Positions 24,700 through 37,100 of a stretch of 64,000 nt of DNA are shown piece by piece. The position numbers and the translations under genes were made by a program. The notes beneath the pieces are model-generated. The model saw only the letters and a list, made by a program, of their open reading frames with translations. It did not search any database and was not told the DNA's origin. Within the stretch, counting starts at the first letter, position 1; each line of letters opens with the position of its first letter. Location: assembly GCF_004010195.1 (NCBI RefSeq), contig NC_057718.1, forward strand, positions 28,206,061 through 28,270,060. The letters are read 5' to 3'. This stretch comes from Chiloscyllium plagiosum (Eukaryota).

Positions 24700-26925
24700 G
24701 GAAAAGATAGAATCAGAGGTAACGGTATTACAGCTGAATAAAGGTGACCACAGAGGCATGAGGGAGGAGCTGGGTGGAATTGACTGGGAGAGAAGCTGAG
24801 CAGGAAAGACAATGGAACAGCAATAGTAGGAGTTTCTGAGAGTAATTCAGGAGACACCACAGAGATTCACCCTGAGGAAAAAGAAGCATGGTACAGAGAG
24901 GGTGAGGCAACCATGGCCGACTATGGAGGTCAAGGATAGCATAAAAGCAAAAGAGAAGAAAGTATGTAATGTGGCAAAGAGCAATGGGAAACCAGAGAAT
25001 TGGGAAGTTTACAAAGACCATCAGAGGACAACAAAAAAACAAATAAAGAAGGAGAAGTTTAAATATAAGGGTAAGCTCGCCAGTAATATAAATGAAGACT
25101 GTGAGAGTTTCTTTAGATATATAAACATCAAAAGAGAAGCAAAAGTGGACATTGGGCTGCTGGAAAATGAGGCTGGAGAAATAGTACTGGGGAACAAGGA
25201 AATAGCTGAGGAGCTGAATAATTACTTCACGTCAGTCTTCATGGTGGAAGACACGAGTAATATCCCAAAAATTCAAGAGAGTGAGGGGAAGAGAGGAGTA
25301 TAGTGGCCATCACTAAGGAAAAGGTGCAAGAAAATCTGAATGGCCTGAAGGTGGATAAATCACCTGGACCAAATGGACTACACCCAGAGTTCTAATGACA
25401 GTAGCTGAAGAGATAGTGGAAGTGTTTCAGGAATCGCTAGAATCAGGGAGGGTCCCAGAGGACTGGAAAATCGCTAACGTGACACCATGTTTTAAAAAGG
25501 AGTAAGGCAAAAGACAGAAAATTACAGACTGATTAGCCTAACCTCAGTCATGGATAAGATCCTGGAATCCATTGTGGAGGATGAGATTTTGGAATACGTG
25601 AAAACATATGGCAAACAAAGCATAGGGCAAAGTCAGCATAGTTTCATCAAGGAGAGGTCATGTCTGACAAATCTGCTAGAATTCTTTGAGAAAGTAATGA
25701 GCAGGTTAGATCAAGGAGAGGCAATGGATGTTATCTAGCTGGACATCAAGAAGACCTTTGACAGGGTGCCGATTGGAGGCTAATGAGTAATATAAGGGCG
25801 CATGGTGTTAGAGGCAAGGTGCTAGCATGGATAGAAGATCGGCTGTCTGGCAGAAAGCAGAGAGTGGGGATAAAAGGGTCTTTCTCAGGATGGCAGCCAG
25901 TGACAAGTGGTGTTCTTCAAGACTCACTGTTGGGACCACAACTTTACACTTTATACATTAACGATCTAAATGAATGAACTGAGAAAATGAGGGCATTCGG
26001 GCTAAGTTTGCTGACGATACAAAGATAGGTAGAAGGACAGGTAGCATTGAGGAGGTGGGGAGGCTGCAGAAGGATTTGGATAAATCAGAAGAGTGGGCAA
26101 AGAAGTGGCAGATGGAGTACAATGTGGGAACGTGTGAGGTCATGCACCTTGATGGGAAGAATAGAGGCATGGGCTATTTCCTAAATGAGGAGAAAATTCA
26201 GAAGTCTGAAGTGCAAAGAGACTTGGGAGTGCAAGCCCAGGATTCTCTCAAGGTAAACTTGCAGGTTCAGTCAGTAGTTAGGAAGGCAAATGTAATGATG
26301 ACATTTATTTTGAGTGGACTTGAATATAAAAGCAGGGATGTGCTTCTGGGGCTCTATAAGGCTCTTGTCAGACCGCATTTGGAGGATTGTGCACAGTTTT
26401 GGGTCTCATATCTCAGGAAGGACGTACTGGTCCTGGAGCATGTTGAGAGAAGGTTCATGAGAATGGTCCCAGGAATGAAACGCTTAACATATGAGGAATG
26501 TTTGAGGACTCTGGATCAATACTCCATGGAGTTTAGAAGGATGAGGGCGGATCTAATTGAAACTTACAGAATACTGAATGGCCTGGACAGAGTAGATGTT
26601 GGGAAGATGTTTCCATTAGTAGGAGGGTCTAGGACCTGAGGGCACAGTCTGAGAGTAAAGGGAAGACTTTTAGAATGGAGATAAGGAGCAACTTCTTCAG
26701 CCAGAGAGTGGTAAATCAATGAAATTCATTGCCACAGAAGGCTGTGGAGGTTAGGTCACTGAGTTTATTTAAGACGGAGATAAATAGGTTCTTGAGTATC
26801 AAGGTGATCAAGGTTAATAGGGAGAAAGCGGGAGAATGGGGTTGAGAAATTTATCAGCCATGATTGAATGGTGGAGCAGACTCAATGGGCTGAATGGCCT
26901 AATTCCTGTTCCTGTGTCTTATAAT
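24700..26925 (+). mobile_element. 5'-truncated CR1 LINE (RT region and 3' UTR)
   Basis: ORF pieces RSCLTNLLEFF, WQPVTSGVLQDSLLGP, KFADDTK, LYKALVRPHLE. Confidence 0.95.
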
Positions 26926-26934
26926 GTTATCATC

Positions 26935-27985
26935 TTATAACATACAGGAGCAGAAATAGGCCCATTGCATTTGGCCCATTGCATCTATGCCAATGATTGA
27001 TCATGTCAGATATGTTTCTCAACCCTATTCTCCAGCCTTCTCACTATAACACTTGATCCTCTTACCAATCAAGAAACTATCTATCTCTGTTTTAAAGACA
27101 CTCAATAACTTGGCCTCCACAGCTTTCTGCAGCAATGAGTTGTACAGAATTACCACCCTCTGGTTAAAGAAATAACTCCTCATCTCAGTTGCAAAGGGTT
27201 ATTCCTTCACTCTGAGGCTGTGTCTTCAGGTCTGAGTCTCCCCTACCAGTGGAAACATCATCTCTGCATCCACTTTATCTGATCCCCTCCCCTGCCATCC
27301 TTCTAAACTCCATTGAGTATGGACCCAGAATCTTCAACTGCCCCACATATGCCAAATCTCCTTTGGAACCCCTTCAGCACATCCTTGCTTAGGTATGAGG
27401 CCCAAAACTGCTCACAATATTCCAAATACAGTCTGACCAGATGCTTTTTACAGCCTCAGCAGTAGGTTTCAGCTCTTGTTTTCTAGCCCTCTTGAAATGA
27501 ATGCTAACATTGCATTTGCCTCCCTAACTGCCAAGACAGCCTGCACGTTGACCAAGAAAATCTTGAACCAGGACTCCCAAGTTCCTTTGTGCTTCAGATT
27601 ACTGAAGCCTTTCCTTGTCTAGAAAATCGTCAATGCCTCTCCCCATGCTGGTATCTTGCTCCTAACTCTATGGACTCATATTATATTTAGAAGCCTCCTG
27701 TGTGGCACCTGCTGGAAATCCAAATAGATCACGTCTACTGGCTCCCCCTTGTCTAGCTTGCTCATTACTTCCTCAAAGCATTCTAACAGATTGTCAGGCA
27801 TGACCTAACCTTGACCAAGCTGAGCTGACTCCACCCTATTTTAACCATGTAATTTCAAGTACTCCCCAATCTCATCTTTAATAATGAATTCTAAAATCCT
27901 AACAACATCCGAGGTCAGGCTAATCAGCCTTTAGTTTCTTGTCTTCTGCCTCCCTTCCTTTTAAATGTGAGTGTTACATGAATAA
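26935..27985 (-). mobile_element. Decayed CR1 fragment, tail-to-tail with the preceding copy
   Basis: CATACAGGAGCAGAAATAGG tail; TTTCTCAACCCTATTCTCC complementary to 26832-26849. Confidence 0.8.
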
Positions 27986-28019
27986 GGGTGTTACATAAAC
28001 AGTAGTGATATAGTGTCCA

Positions 28020-28278
28020 GTTCTGAAGATGGGTCACTAGACTTGAAATGTTACCTTTGTTTTCTTTTCAGAGATGCTGCCAAACCTCCAGCAGCTTGCT
28101 TTTGCTTGCTTCAGGTCTTCAGCATCATCAGTCCTTTGTTTTCTGTACTATTTAAGAAGGTAGGATGAGAGAGTGAGGGACAGCTCTGAAGAAGACTTAT
28201 GTTGAAATGTTAGCTATGTTTCTCTCTCCACAGATGCTGCCAGACCTGCTAAATTTCTCCAGCTTTTCTTTTTTCAGT
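28020..28278 (+). mobile_element. Two tandem decayed Penelope-like hammerhead units
   Basis: TTCTGAAGATGGGTCACTAGACTTGAAATGTT (28021) and CTCTGAAGAAGACTTATGTTGAAATGTT (28184), each followed by GATGCTGCCA(A/G)ACCT. Confidence 0.65.
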
Positions 28279-28893
28279 TAGTATTTGGCATTCAATCCTC
28301 TAGTCAACCAGATGTATATTCAATGGTTATTAAAAATAGAAATCAACACAACTGTGAACATTATTGACTTAATTAATTACATGGATTTGTGGGAAGAGGC
28401 ATGGGAGAGAAATCATTGTGACTTCAATGAACGTAAGCTATTGCCAAAGTAATAACAGATAATGTTGCAAACTCACAGCAGGTTATTCTTTGATGATGCA
28501 GTCAGCTCCAATCCTTTTTCAGAACTGAAACATGCAAGACATGGTAAGCACGTCAGCAGGAACTGAAAAAAAGGAGACGAAGGGAAACACATATAAAGTA
28601 AACATAATACAGAGAGAAAATATCAGTTTAGTGATGCAAGAATCATTGCTGGCAAGTAATATATGTAACCACTGAAGAAACTTTGTATTAGCGACACATA
28701 GGGCTTGTTAATGGAGAGCAAAGGAGAACTAAGAATCTGATAAAGGGGGACCAGGATATGAATGTAAACTAGCAAAGAACATAAAACAGGCATAAACAAG
28801 AGGCCTACGGAAAATGCAGAAATATGAGAGAGGGACGGTAAAGATAGAAAGCCTTTATCTACGTCCTTTCCACTTTGCACCTTGTCATTTAAT

Positions 28894-29000
28894 GTCTACA
28901 GAAAACAAACAAATGCTGAAAATCACAGAATGTCAGGCAGCATCCATTGAGAGAGAGAGCAAGCTGTCATTTCGAGTCTAAATGACTCTTCATCAGAGCA
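28894..29000 (-). mobile_element. Penelope-like hammerhead unit (family C), 12-bp TSD, inserted in an older related element
   Basis: Minus CTGATGA-A-GAGTC-ATTTA-GACTC-GAAA; TSD TTGTCATTTAAT at 28882-28893 and 29001-29012. Confidence 0.8.
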
Positions 29001-29449
29001 TTGTCATTTAATCTCACCTGCCTTCCACAGTCTCAGAGATTTCCCTTTCGTTTTTTTTCCTTTCTCCCCATCAACACTCTTATCTTTGTAGTTATTTAGA
29101 ATGTGTTATATCTCTGTGTTTTTTCTAGTTCAGCCAGCAGGTCACCAATCTGTAACTTTAACTCTGCTTCACTGGTCTCAAATGCTGCTTGGCCTGTCTA
29201 GTGCTTTCAGTATTTCCAGGTGTTTGCTGTCGCAGTGGGTTTCCCTCACAGAATACCCCAAGTGCCAATACAACTTGCAAATGATGATGTTGTAGCCAAA
29301 GATATTTTTCTGACATCAACAGAGCAGAAGAAACAGGGTAGAGAAAAGAGAGAAGCATATGAAGAGGGAGTACTTAGATCCAACACGAGAGAGCTGTGTT
29401 CAGTAACCAGTCTTTACGTAAGTGTCAGATAAGAGTAATATATAATTGA

Positions 29450-29663
29450 GCTGAAAATGTGTTGCTGGAACAGCGCAGCAGGTCAGGCAGCATCCAGGGA
29501 ACAGGAGAATCGACATTTCGGGCATAAGCCCGATTCCTGAAGAAGGGCTTATGCCCGAAACGTCGATTCTCCTGTTCCCTGGATGCTGCCTGACCTGCTG
29601 CGCTGTTCCAGCAACACATTTTCAGCTCTGATCTCCAGCATCTGCAGACCTCACTTTCTCCCC
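29450..29663. mobile_element. Fold-back Penelope-like hammerhead unit, 14-bp TSD
   Basis: 82-bp inverted arms (29450-29531, 29545-29626, one mismatch); TSD TAATATATAATTGA at 29436-29449 and 29664-29677. Confidence 0.92.
29533..29568 (+). ncRNA. Minimal type I hammerhead ribozyme motif (intact core)
   Basis: ATTC-CTGAAGA-A-GGGC-TTAT-GCCC-GAAA-C-GTC-GATT; predicted cleavage after C29564; palindromic ACGT helix III. Confidence 0.75.
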
Positions 29664-29819
29664 TAATATATAATTGAACAGAGTAAAGAGAGCCTTTCTC
29701 TCAAATAAGGATAAATTAGAGACCAAATACAGTAGTCACATCGTAGACAAGGAGCAACCTCTGAGAGTGTATGTGAAGACAACCATAACCCAAACTACAC
29801 AAGGCATGAGTTAGATGAC

Positions 29820-30170
29820 CTGAAAAATGTGTTGCTGGAAAAGCGCAGCAGGTCAGGCAGCATCCAAGGAGCAGGAGAATTGACGTTTTGGGCATAAGCC
29901 CTTCTTCAGGAATGAGGAGGGTGTGCCAAGCAGGCTAAGATAAAAGGTAGGGAGGAGAGACTTGGGGGAGGGGCGTTGGGAATGCGATAGGTGGAAGGAG
30001 GTTAAGGTGAGGGTGATAGGCCGGAGAGGGGGTGGGGGCGGAGAGGTCAGGAAGAAGATTGCAGGTCAAGAAGGCGGTGCTGAGTCCGAGGGTTGGGACT
30101 GAGATAAGGTGGGGGGAGGGGAAATGAGGAAGCTGGAGAAATCTGCATTCATCCCTAGGTGGAAGATGAG
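29820..30170 (-). mobile_element. Longer Penelope-like 3' fragment including the hammerhead region
   Basis: Same unit as 29450, extended by purine-rich flank (GGTAGGGAGGAGAGACTTGGGGGAGGGG...); core G12 mutated (GCCC-AAAA). Confidence 0.8.
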
Positions 30171-30184
30171 GATGACACCCAGCT

Positions 30185-30715
30185 TACAGATTCAGTCCCT
30201 TTATCTAAGGAAAGATATACTGACATTGGAGGCTGTCCAGAGAAGATTGATTAGGTTGATCCCAGGTAAGGAGACATAGTTTTATGAAGAGAGATTGAGT
30301 ATATTGGGCCTGCAATCATTGGGGTTTAGAAAAAAATGAAAAGATGACCTTATTGAAAGGTATAAGATTCTTCAGGGACTTGACAGGGCGGATGCAGAAC
30401 GGTTGTTTCCCTTTGTGGAAGAGTCTAGGACCAGAGCGAATAATTGCAGAGTGAGGAGTTGAACGTATAAGATAGAGATGAGGAAGAATTCCTTCTCTCA
30501 GAGGTTAGTGAATCAGTGGCATTCTTTACTGCAGATGGCTGTTGAGGCTAAGTCATTAAATGTAATCAAAGCTAAGATAAACAGATTTAAAATCAATAAG
30601 GGAATCAAAGGCAGGAAAGTGGAGTTTGATTTAGCAGATCAGCCATGACCTCATTGAATGGTGGAGCAGACCTAACGGGGTAGATGGCCTATTCTGTTCC
30701 ATTGTCTTACGGTCT
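30185..30715 (+). mobile_element. CR1 3' fragment
   Basis: Decayed LEAVQRR...LIPG frame; 3' UTR TTGAATGGTGGAGCAGAC. Confidence 0.8.
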
Positions 30716-30759
30716 GAGCTTCATGGAACGAGAACTAAAGACTACAAGCAGTGACAAGA

Positions 30760-30965
30760 TCTGAAATTACTGGAAAAGCTCAGCAGGTCTAGCATCTGTG
30801 AAGAGAAATCAAAGTTAATGTTTTGGGGTGGTGACCCTTCCTCAGAACTGGACCTGAAATGTTTACTCTGACTTCTCTTCAGAGATGTTGCCATACCTGC
30901 TGAGCTTTTCCAGCAACTTCAGTTTTCATTTCTGATTTACAGCATCCGCGGTTCTTTTGCTTTTT
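30760..30965. mobile_element. Fold-back Penelope-like hammerhead unit (family B)
   Basis: CTGGAAAAGCTCAGCAGGT.../...ACCTGCTGAGCTTTTCCAG; minus CTGAGGAAGGGTCACCACCCCAAAAC. Confidence 0.8.
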
Positions 30966-32030
30966 AATTCTAGCAGTGGTATTTGTGCAAAGCACTGAAG
31001 ATCAGGATTATTCTTTGGGTTTGAGACTGAAATAGAATTTGCTGAAAAGGTTCTGCAAATCCATCAGCTTTGAAATGAGAGACAAAAAAAAAACACATTG
31101 AGATAAAGGACACACAAAGACACATTTCCCCTTCACTGAAAATGTTTTACATAATCTTGCAGATGTAACAGTTAACAATTTAATTTAAATCAGTAATTGA
31201 GAACATCATAAATTTTGCACTATGTGTCCTCTCTTTGTTTTCCTATACTGCTATATTCACATCCATGACCTGGAGAATGACAATCTTAAATAAATATAGT
31301 TACACAGCTGATATTTAATTTATTTCTTTTTATCATCAGCTATATGTATATAAAAGATGATTCACTGCATTTCGAATTATTTCACAAGAAGAAACAGAAA
31401 GTGTCTAATCCCAGTGATGGGGCAGTTCTTTGAAATAATGAAGCATTATTACATGTAAATCAAGAGTGAACCTGCTGGTGTGTGTTGAACCTGGTTAATC
31501 CAATAACTCTTCATTAATATACATAGCAGCAGCATGAAGTACACTGCAATCTCTGCAGGAGCCTTTATAAGTAGAAATTGCATATGCAGCTTGACTTGTT
31601 TTTATTCAACCACCTCTCATGTTACTTCTTTTGTAAACAAACAAAATCCTTTCTGAATACTTTGCGCTCAATATTTGCTTGCTCTGCTTTTGATTTTAGA
31701 GGTCTAACGTTGTGACCTGTCCACACTGACTCAGTTGGAGATGGGTAATACATAAATTGAAACACCTCTTTTGTTTCATAAGTGTCAGTGGCTTCCATGA
31801 TGTTAGCTGCTTCTGCATTCAGCAGAAAGCAAAGCAACATCATGCAGATATCCCTGGTGAACTCATCGTCTGCTCTTAGAGACAGTCTGTCCTCCTTAAA
31901 GGGAAGCAGCACTGAGTTGTAGGAAGGTGCTGTTGAACACAATTCTGAATCACAGAAAATCAAATGGCAGGGCAGGGACTGGAGGGGTTCTCCATGGCTG
32001 TGACGTTATTGATGAGGGAGGAGAGGCATT

Positions 32031-33250
32031 ATGGTTCTTTGGGGGTATGGAGAGGGTCTTACAGAACTCTCAAGGTCAGCCTTTCTAAGCAATTGTAGCA
32101 GCTACCAAGGAGGTCAACACTGCCACCTAGAGCTGAGGATCTGGCAACCATGGTGCAAGAAGTTTAATCAACTCACACAAGTGGTTAAGATCAGTGAATA
32201 CATCTTTACAAAGCACCCCTTATCCACAGCTTCATGCTCCAATCATGTTGCCTAATCCATCATAGCAAGTGCCAGTCCCTGGCACTCAAGATGCATGCCT
32301 AATTTTCAGATAATCCACCTCAATCTCACACTCACAACGTGCTGCCAGCCTTACACCCACCTTTCCTGGCCTCTGTTATTCAGATACAGCAGGCACAGCA
32401 CCCAAGCACAATGCTCCACAATTCCAGCCATTTCTCCTGCATCTTGCAGGTGAAGGTGATATACAATAGAAAGGAATCAGGCAGAAGCAATGTGGGACAC
32501 AGATACTGACACCAAGATGAACCCTTCTGTTAATTAAATCAAAGACCTAGGAAAACTCACCTCACCTCGTAATCTATGAAAATATGAGTGACTGAGAACT
32601 CCCAAATTCCACTATTTGAATAAAATAATATCAATTTATTCTTTAACTCTAAAAGTGAACATTAAACAACAACTGTTCACAACTCTAAGCTCCCTTTCTC
32701 TTAACTGCTTATTACCTACCTCCAACTCTATAACAAAGTCCCGTTCCAATAAGACACTTATTAAAATTTCATCAACTTAATTGTCAATGTTTTTCTTCTT
32801 CTGGCTGAAGATTTCCATGGGTCGTCTTCTTTCTTTTACTGTGAATATGTTTCAAATGAAAATGTACCTTTGATAGAGAGAGTTTCAATGGCAGTTGCTC
32901 TGTCTGACTTTCAAAATGCCTGCCTTTTTTAATATCTTCAACATCAGATCATCTCATTGGTTCGACGTTGGCAAGCAATAAATTCAAACTCGATTGGGTT
33001 TTAGTATCCTGGGGCATAACTTAAACTGATTGATTAAATTCGAATTGTTGTCAAAACAGCAACCAACTCAGGTATCCATTTCACAGCCAAATGTTACATA
33101 TTTTCTAATTTTCCAGTACACTCTGAGACTGCTCTTGTAAGCTCTCAGTGTAGAACAACATTCTCTCTCTCTTAAAGGTACAGTACATGCCTTCAACTTC
33201 ATAACAATTGTCTGAGCCCGACAGAGGAGATGGTCCTTTGCAATGCGAGG
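32031..33250 (+). pseudogene. Harbinger-type Myb/SANT gene remnant, split by a solo LTR
   Basis: LRIWQPWCKKFNQLTQVVK resembles the RTWxQCRKKFNDL motif; putative acceptor TCTTGCAG at 32441-32449; frame LSPTEEMVL appears after the LTR. Confidence 0.5.
32503..33206 (-). mobile_element. Solo LTR (probably Gypsy-like)
   Basis: Minus strand starts TGTTATGAAGTTGAAGGCATGTACTGTACCTTTAAGAGAG, has AATAAA at about 32635-32640, and ends GGGTTCATCTTGGTGTCA. Confidence 0.65.
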
Positions 33251-34126
33251 TTAGCTGTGATAGAGTTTGTTGCATCCAGCATAACTAAGAATATTAAAGG
33301 TGATGGTGTGTTCTTACTTCACTTACTTTCTCAATTCCCAACTCATGCTCACCCTGTTATCTTGCAAGATGAGCAAGCAACAGATGATATGGCTGTGGAC
33401 TTCATGCTTTCCACCATAACCCCATCCCTTAGTCCAACCTCTCAGGTACATGGTGGGGTGGTGTTCTCATGATGGCCATATGCACTGAACTACTGCATAC
33501 ATCGTTTTGGCTGCTAGGTAGCTTCCAGTCGCTGTCAGTGAACAAAATCACAGTTTGAGTCTGGTTTCAAATTGACAGGGCAGTTTGTGCCCTCTTCCCA
33601 GCCTCTGCTCCATATTTCTACTGCACTGCAAATGCAGAGACACAACAACTGAACACCCCCCTGCCCTCCCCAACCCCTTCGCCCACCCCCCCGCCCCACC
33701 ATATCTGCTGAAGCCTTGGTGTGGACTGGTCATCTTCTCCTCCAGACTTCCCAGAAGAGCCGACACACTCCATGTTGCACACTCTTTCCTTTTGCCAGCT
33801 CTTCCTGCAAGAGCGATACTGTGAGAGAAACAGAGCACAGCCATGCAAACTTTACATATTTACTTTTCACCTAAAGTTTCTTTGACCAAACTGATTTTGA
33901 AAAGTAAATTCAGTCAGCAAAGAGTTCAATAAAAACCCACTGAATCTTTTTCCTGCGGATCGCGATATAATGTAGAGGCAGAGACTCCAATCATGTGGAA
34001 AGCCTACTTAATCAAATTATTATTTTTTCTTGAAGGGCACATTATAGTTTATTAACAGGCAAACACCTCTTTCTGAACATTGACAGATGTCAAGGATTTT
34101 GGGTTTACAGATCAGAACAATATCTC

Positions 34127-37100
34127 ATAGAGTCATAGAGTCACAGAGGTGTACAACATGGAACAGACCCATCGGTCCAACCAGTTCATGCCGACCAGAT
34201 ATCCCAACTCAATCTAGTCCCAACTGCCAGCACCTGGCACATATCCCTTCAAACCCTTCCTATTCATATACCCATCCAAATGCCTTTTAAATGTTGCAAT
34301 TGTACCAGCCTCCGCCACATCCTCTGGCAGCTCATTCCATACACATACCACCCTCTGCGTGAAAACGTTGCCCTGTAGGTCTCTTTTATATCTTTCCCCT
34401 CTCACTCCAAACCTATGCCATCTAGTTCTAGACTCACCCACCCCAGGGAAAAGACGTTGTCTATTTATCCTATCCATGCCCCACATGATTATGTAAACCT
34501 CTACAAGGTCACCCCTCAGCCTCTGACGCTCCAGGGAAAACAGCCCCAGCCTGTTCAGCCTCTCCCTATAGCTCAAATCCTCCAACCCTGGCAACATCCA
34601 TGTAAATCTTTTCTGAATCCTTTCAAGTTTCACAACATTTCCGATAGGAAGGAGACCAGAATTGCACGCAATATTCCAACAGTGGCCTAACCAATGTCCT
34701 GTACAGTCACAACATGACCTCCCAACTCCTGTACTCAGAACTCAGACCAATAAAGGAAAGCATTCCAAACACCTTCTTCACTATCCTATCTACCTGCGAC
34801 TCTACTTTCAAGGAACTATGAACCTGCACTCCCAGGTCTCTTTGTTCAGCAACACTCCATAGGACCTTTCCATTAAGTGTATAAGTCCTGCTAAGATTTG
34901 CTTTCCCAAAATGCAGCACCTCACATTTATCTGAATTAAACTCCATCTGCCACTTCTCAGCCCATTGGCCCATCCGATCAAGATCCTGTTGTAATCTGAG
35001 GTAACCTTCTTTGCTGTCCACTACACCTCCAATTTTGGTGTCAACTGAAACTTACTAACTGTACCTCTTATGCTCGCATCCAAATCATTTATGTAAATGA
35101 CGAAAAGTAGTGGACCCAGCACCGATCCTTGTGGCACTCCACTGGACACGGACCTCCAGTCTGAAAAACGACCCTCCACCACCGCCCTCTGTCTTCTACC
35201 TTTGAGCCAGTTCTGTATCTAAATGGCTAGTTCTCCCTGTATTCCATGAGATCTAACCTTGCTAACCAGTCTCCCATGGGGAACCTTATCGAACGCCTTA
35301 CTGAAGTCCATATAGATCACTTCTACCACTCTGCCCTCATCAATTCTCTTTGTTACTTCACCAAAAAACTCAATCAAGTTTGTGAGACATGATTTCCCAT
35401 GCAAAAAGCCATGTTGACAATCCCAAATCAGTCCTTTCTTTTCCAAATACATGTACATCCTGTCCCTCAGGATTCTCTCCAACAACTTGCCCACTACCGA
35501 CGTCAAGCTAACTGTCTATAGTTCCCTGGCTTGTCCTTACCACCTTTCTTAAAGAGTTACACCACATTAGCTCCAATTTTCCAGCATCTCACCTGTGACT
35601 ATCGATGATACAAATATCTCAGTAAGAGACCAAGCAATCACTTCCCTAGCCTCCCACAGAGTTCTAAGACACCTGATCAGGTCCTGGGGATTTATCCATG
35701 TTTATGGTTTCAAGACATCCAGCACTTCCTCCTCTGTAATATGGACATATTTCAAGATGTTACCATCTATTTCCCTACATTCTATATCTTTCATGTCCTT
35801 TTCCACAAATTATTCGGTTTAGTATCTCCCCCATTTCCTGTGGCTCCACACAAAGGCCGCCTTACTGATCTTTGATGGGCCCTATTCTCTCCCTAGTTAC
35901 CCTTTTGTCCTTAATGTATTTGTAAAACCGCTTTGGATTCTCCTTAACTCTATTTGCCAAAGCTCTCTAATGTCCCCTTTTTGCCCTCCCAATTTCCCTC
36001 TTAAGTATACTCCTACTGCCTTTATACTTTTCTAAGGATTCACTTGATCTATCCTGTCTATACCTGACACATGCTTCCTTCATTTTCTTAACCAAACCCT
36101 CAATTTCTTTAATCATCTAACATTCCCTATGCCTCCCAGCCTTCCCTTTCACCCTAACAGGAATATACTTTCTCTGGACTCTCGTTATCTCATTTCTGAA
36201 GGCTTCCCATTTTCCAGCCGACCCATTTACCTGCGAACATCTGCCCCCAATCAGCTTTTGAAAGTTCTTGCCTAATACCATTAAAATTAGTCATTCTCCA
36301 ATTTAGAACTTCAACTTTTAGATCTGGTCTATCCTTTTCCATCACGATTTTAAAACAAATAGAATTATGGTCGCTGGCCACAACGTGCTCCCCCACTGAC
36401 ACCTCAGTCACCCGCCCTGCCTTATTTCCTAAGAGTAGGTCATGTTTTGCACCTTCTCTAGTCGGTACATCCACATACTGAATCAGAAAAGTTTCTAGTA
36501 TATACTTAACAAATTCTTCTCCATCTAAACCCTTAACACCATGCCATTCCCAGTCTATGTTTGGAAAGTTAAAATCCCCTACCATAACTACCCTATTATT
36601 CTCTCCTCTCTTGCCTCCCTTTCTGTCCTTCCTGTCGCATTTGTATCCTGGAACATTAAGCTGCCAGTCCAGCCCATTCCTGAGCCATGTTTCCATAATT
36701 GCTATGAAATCCCAGTCCCATGTTCCTAACGTGCCCTGAGTTCATCTGCCTTCCCTGTTAGGCCTCTTGCATTGAAATAAATGCAGTTTAATTTATCAGT
36801 CCTACCTTGTTCTCTGCTTTGTCCCTGCCTGCCCTGACTGTATGACTCGCTTCTGTTCTCAACTGTACCAGTCTCAGATTGATCTTTTTCTTCACTGGGT
36901 CCCACCCCCTCACCTTACTAGTTTAAATCCTCCTGAGCAGTTCTAGCAAATTTCCCTGCCAGTATATTAGTCCCCTTCCAATTTAAGTGCAAACCGTCCT
37001 TCTTGTACAGGTCACTTCTATCCCAAAACAGCTTCCAATGATCCAAAAATGTGAATCCTTCTCCCATACACCAGCTCCTCAGCCATGCATTCATCTGCTC

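Noticed and set aside
29450..29900. Recurrent near-identical repeats as a CRISPR-like array
   Set aside because: Dispersed or inverted with TSDs, no regular spacers, vertebrate context.
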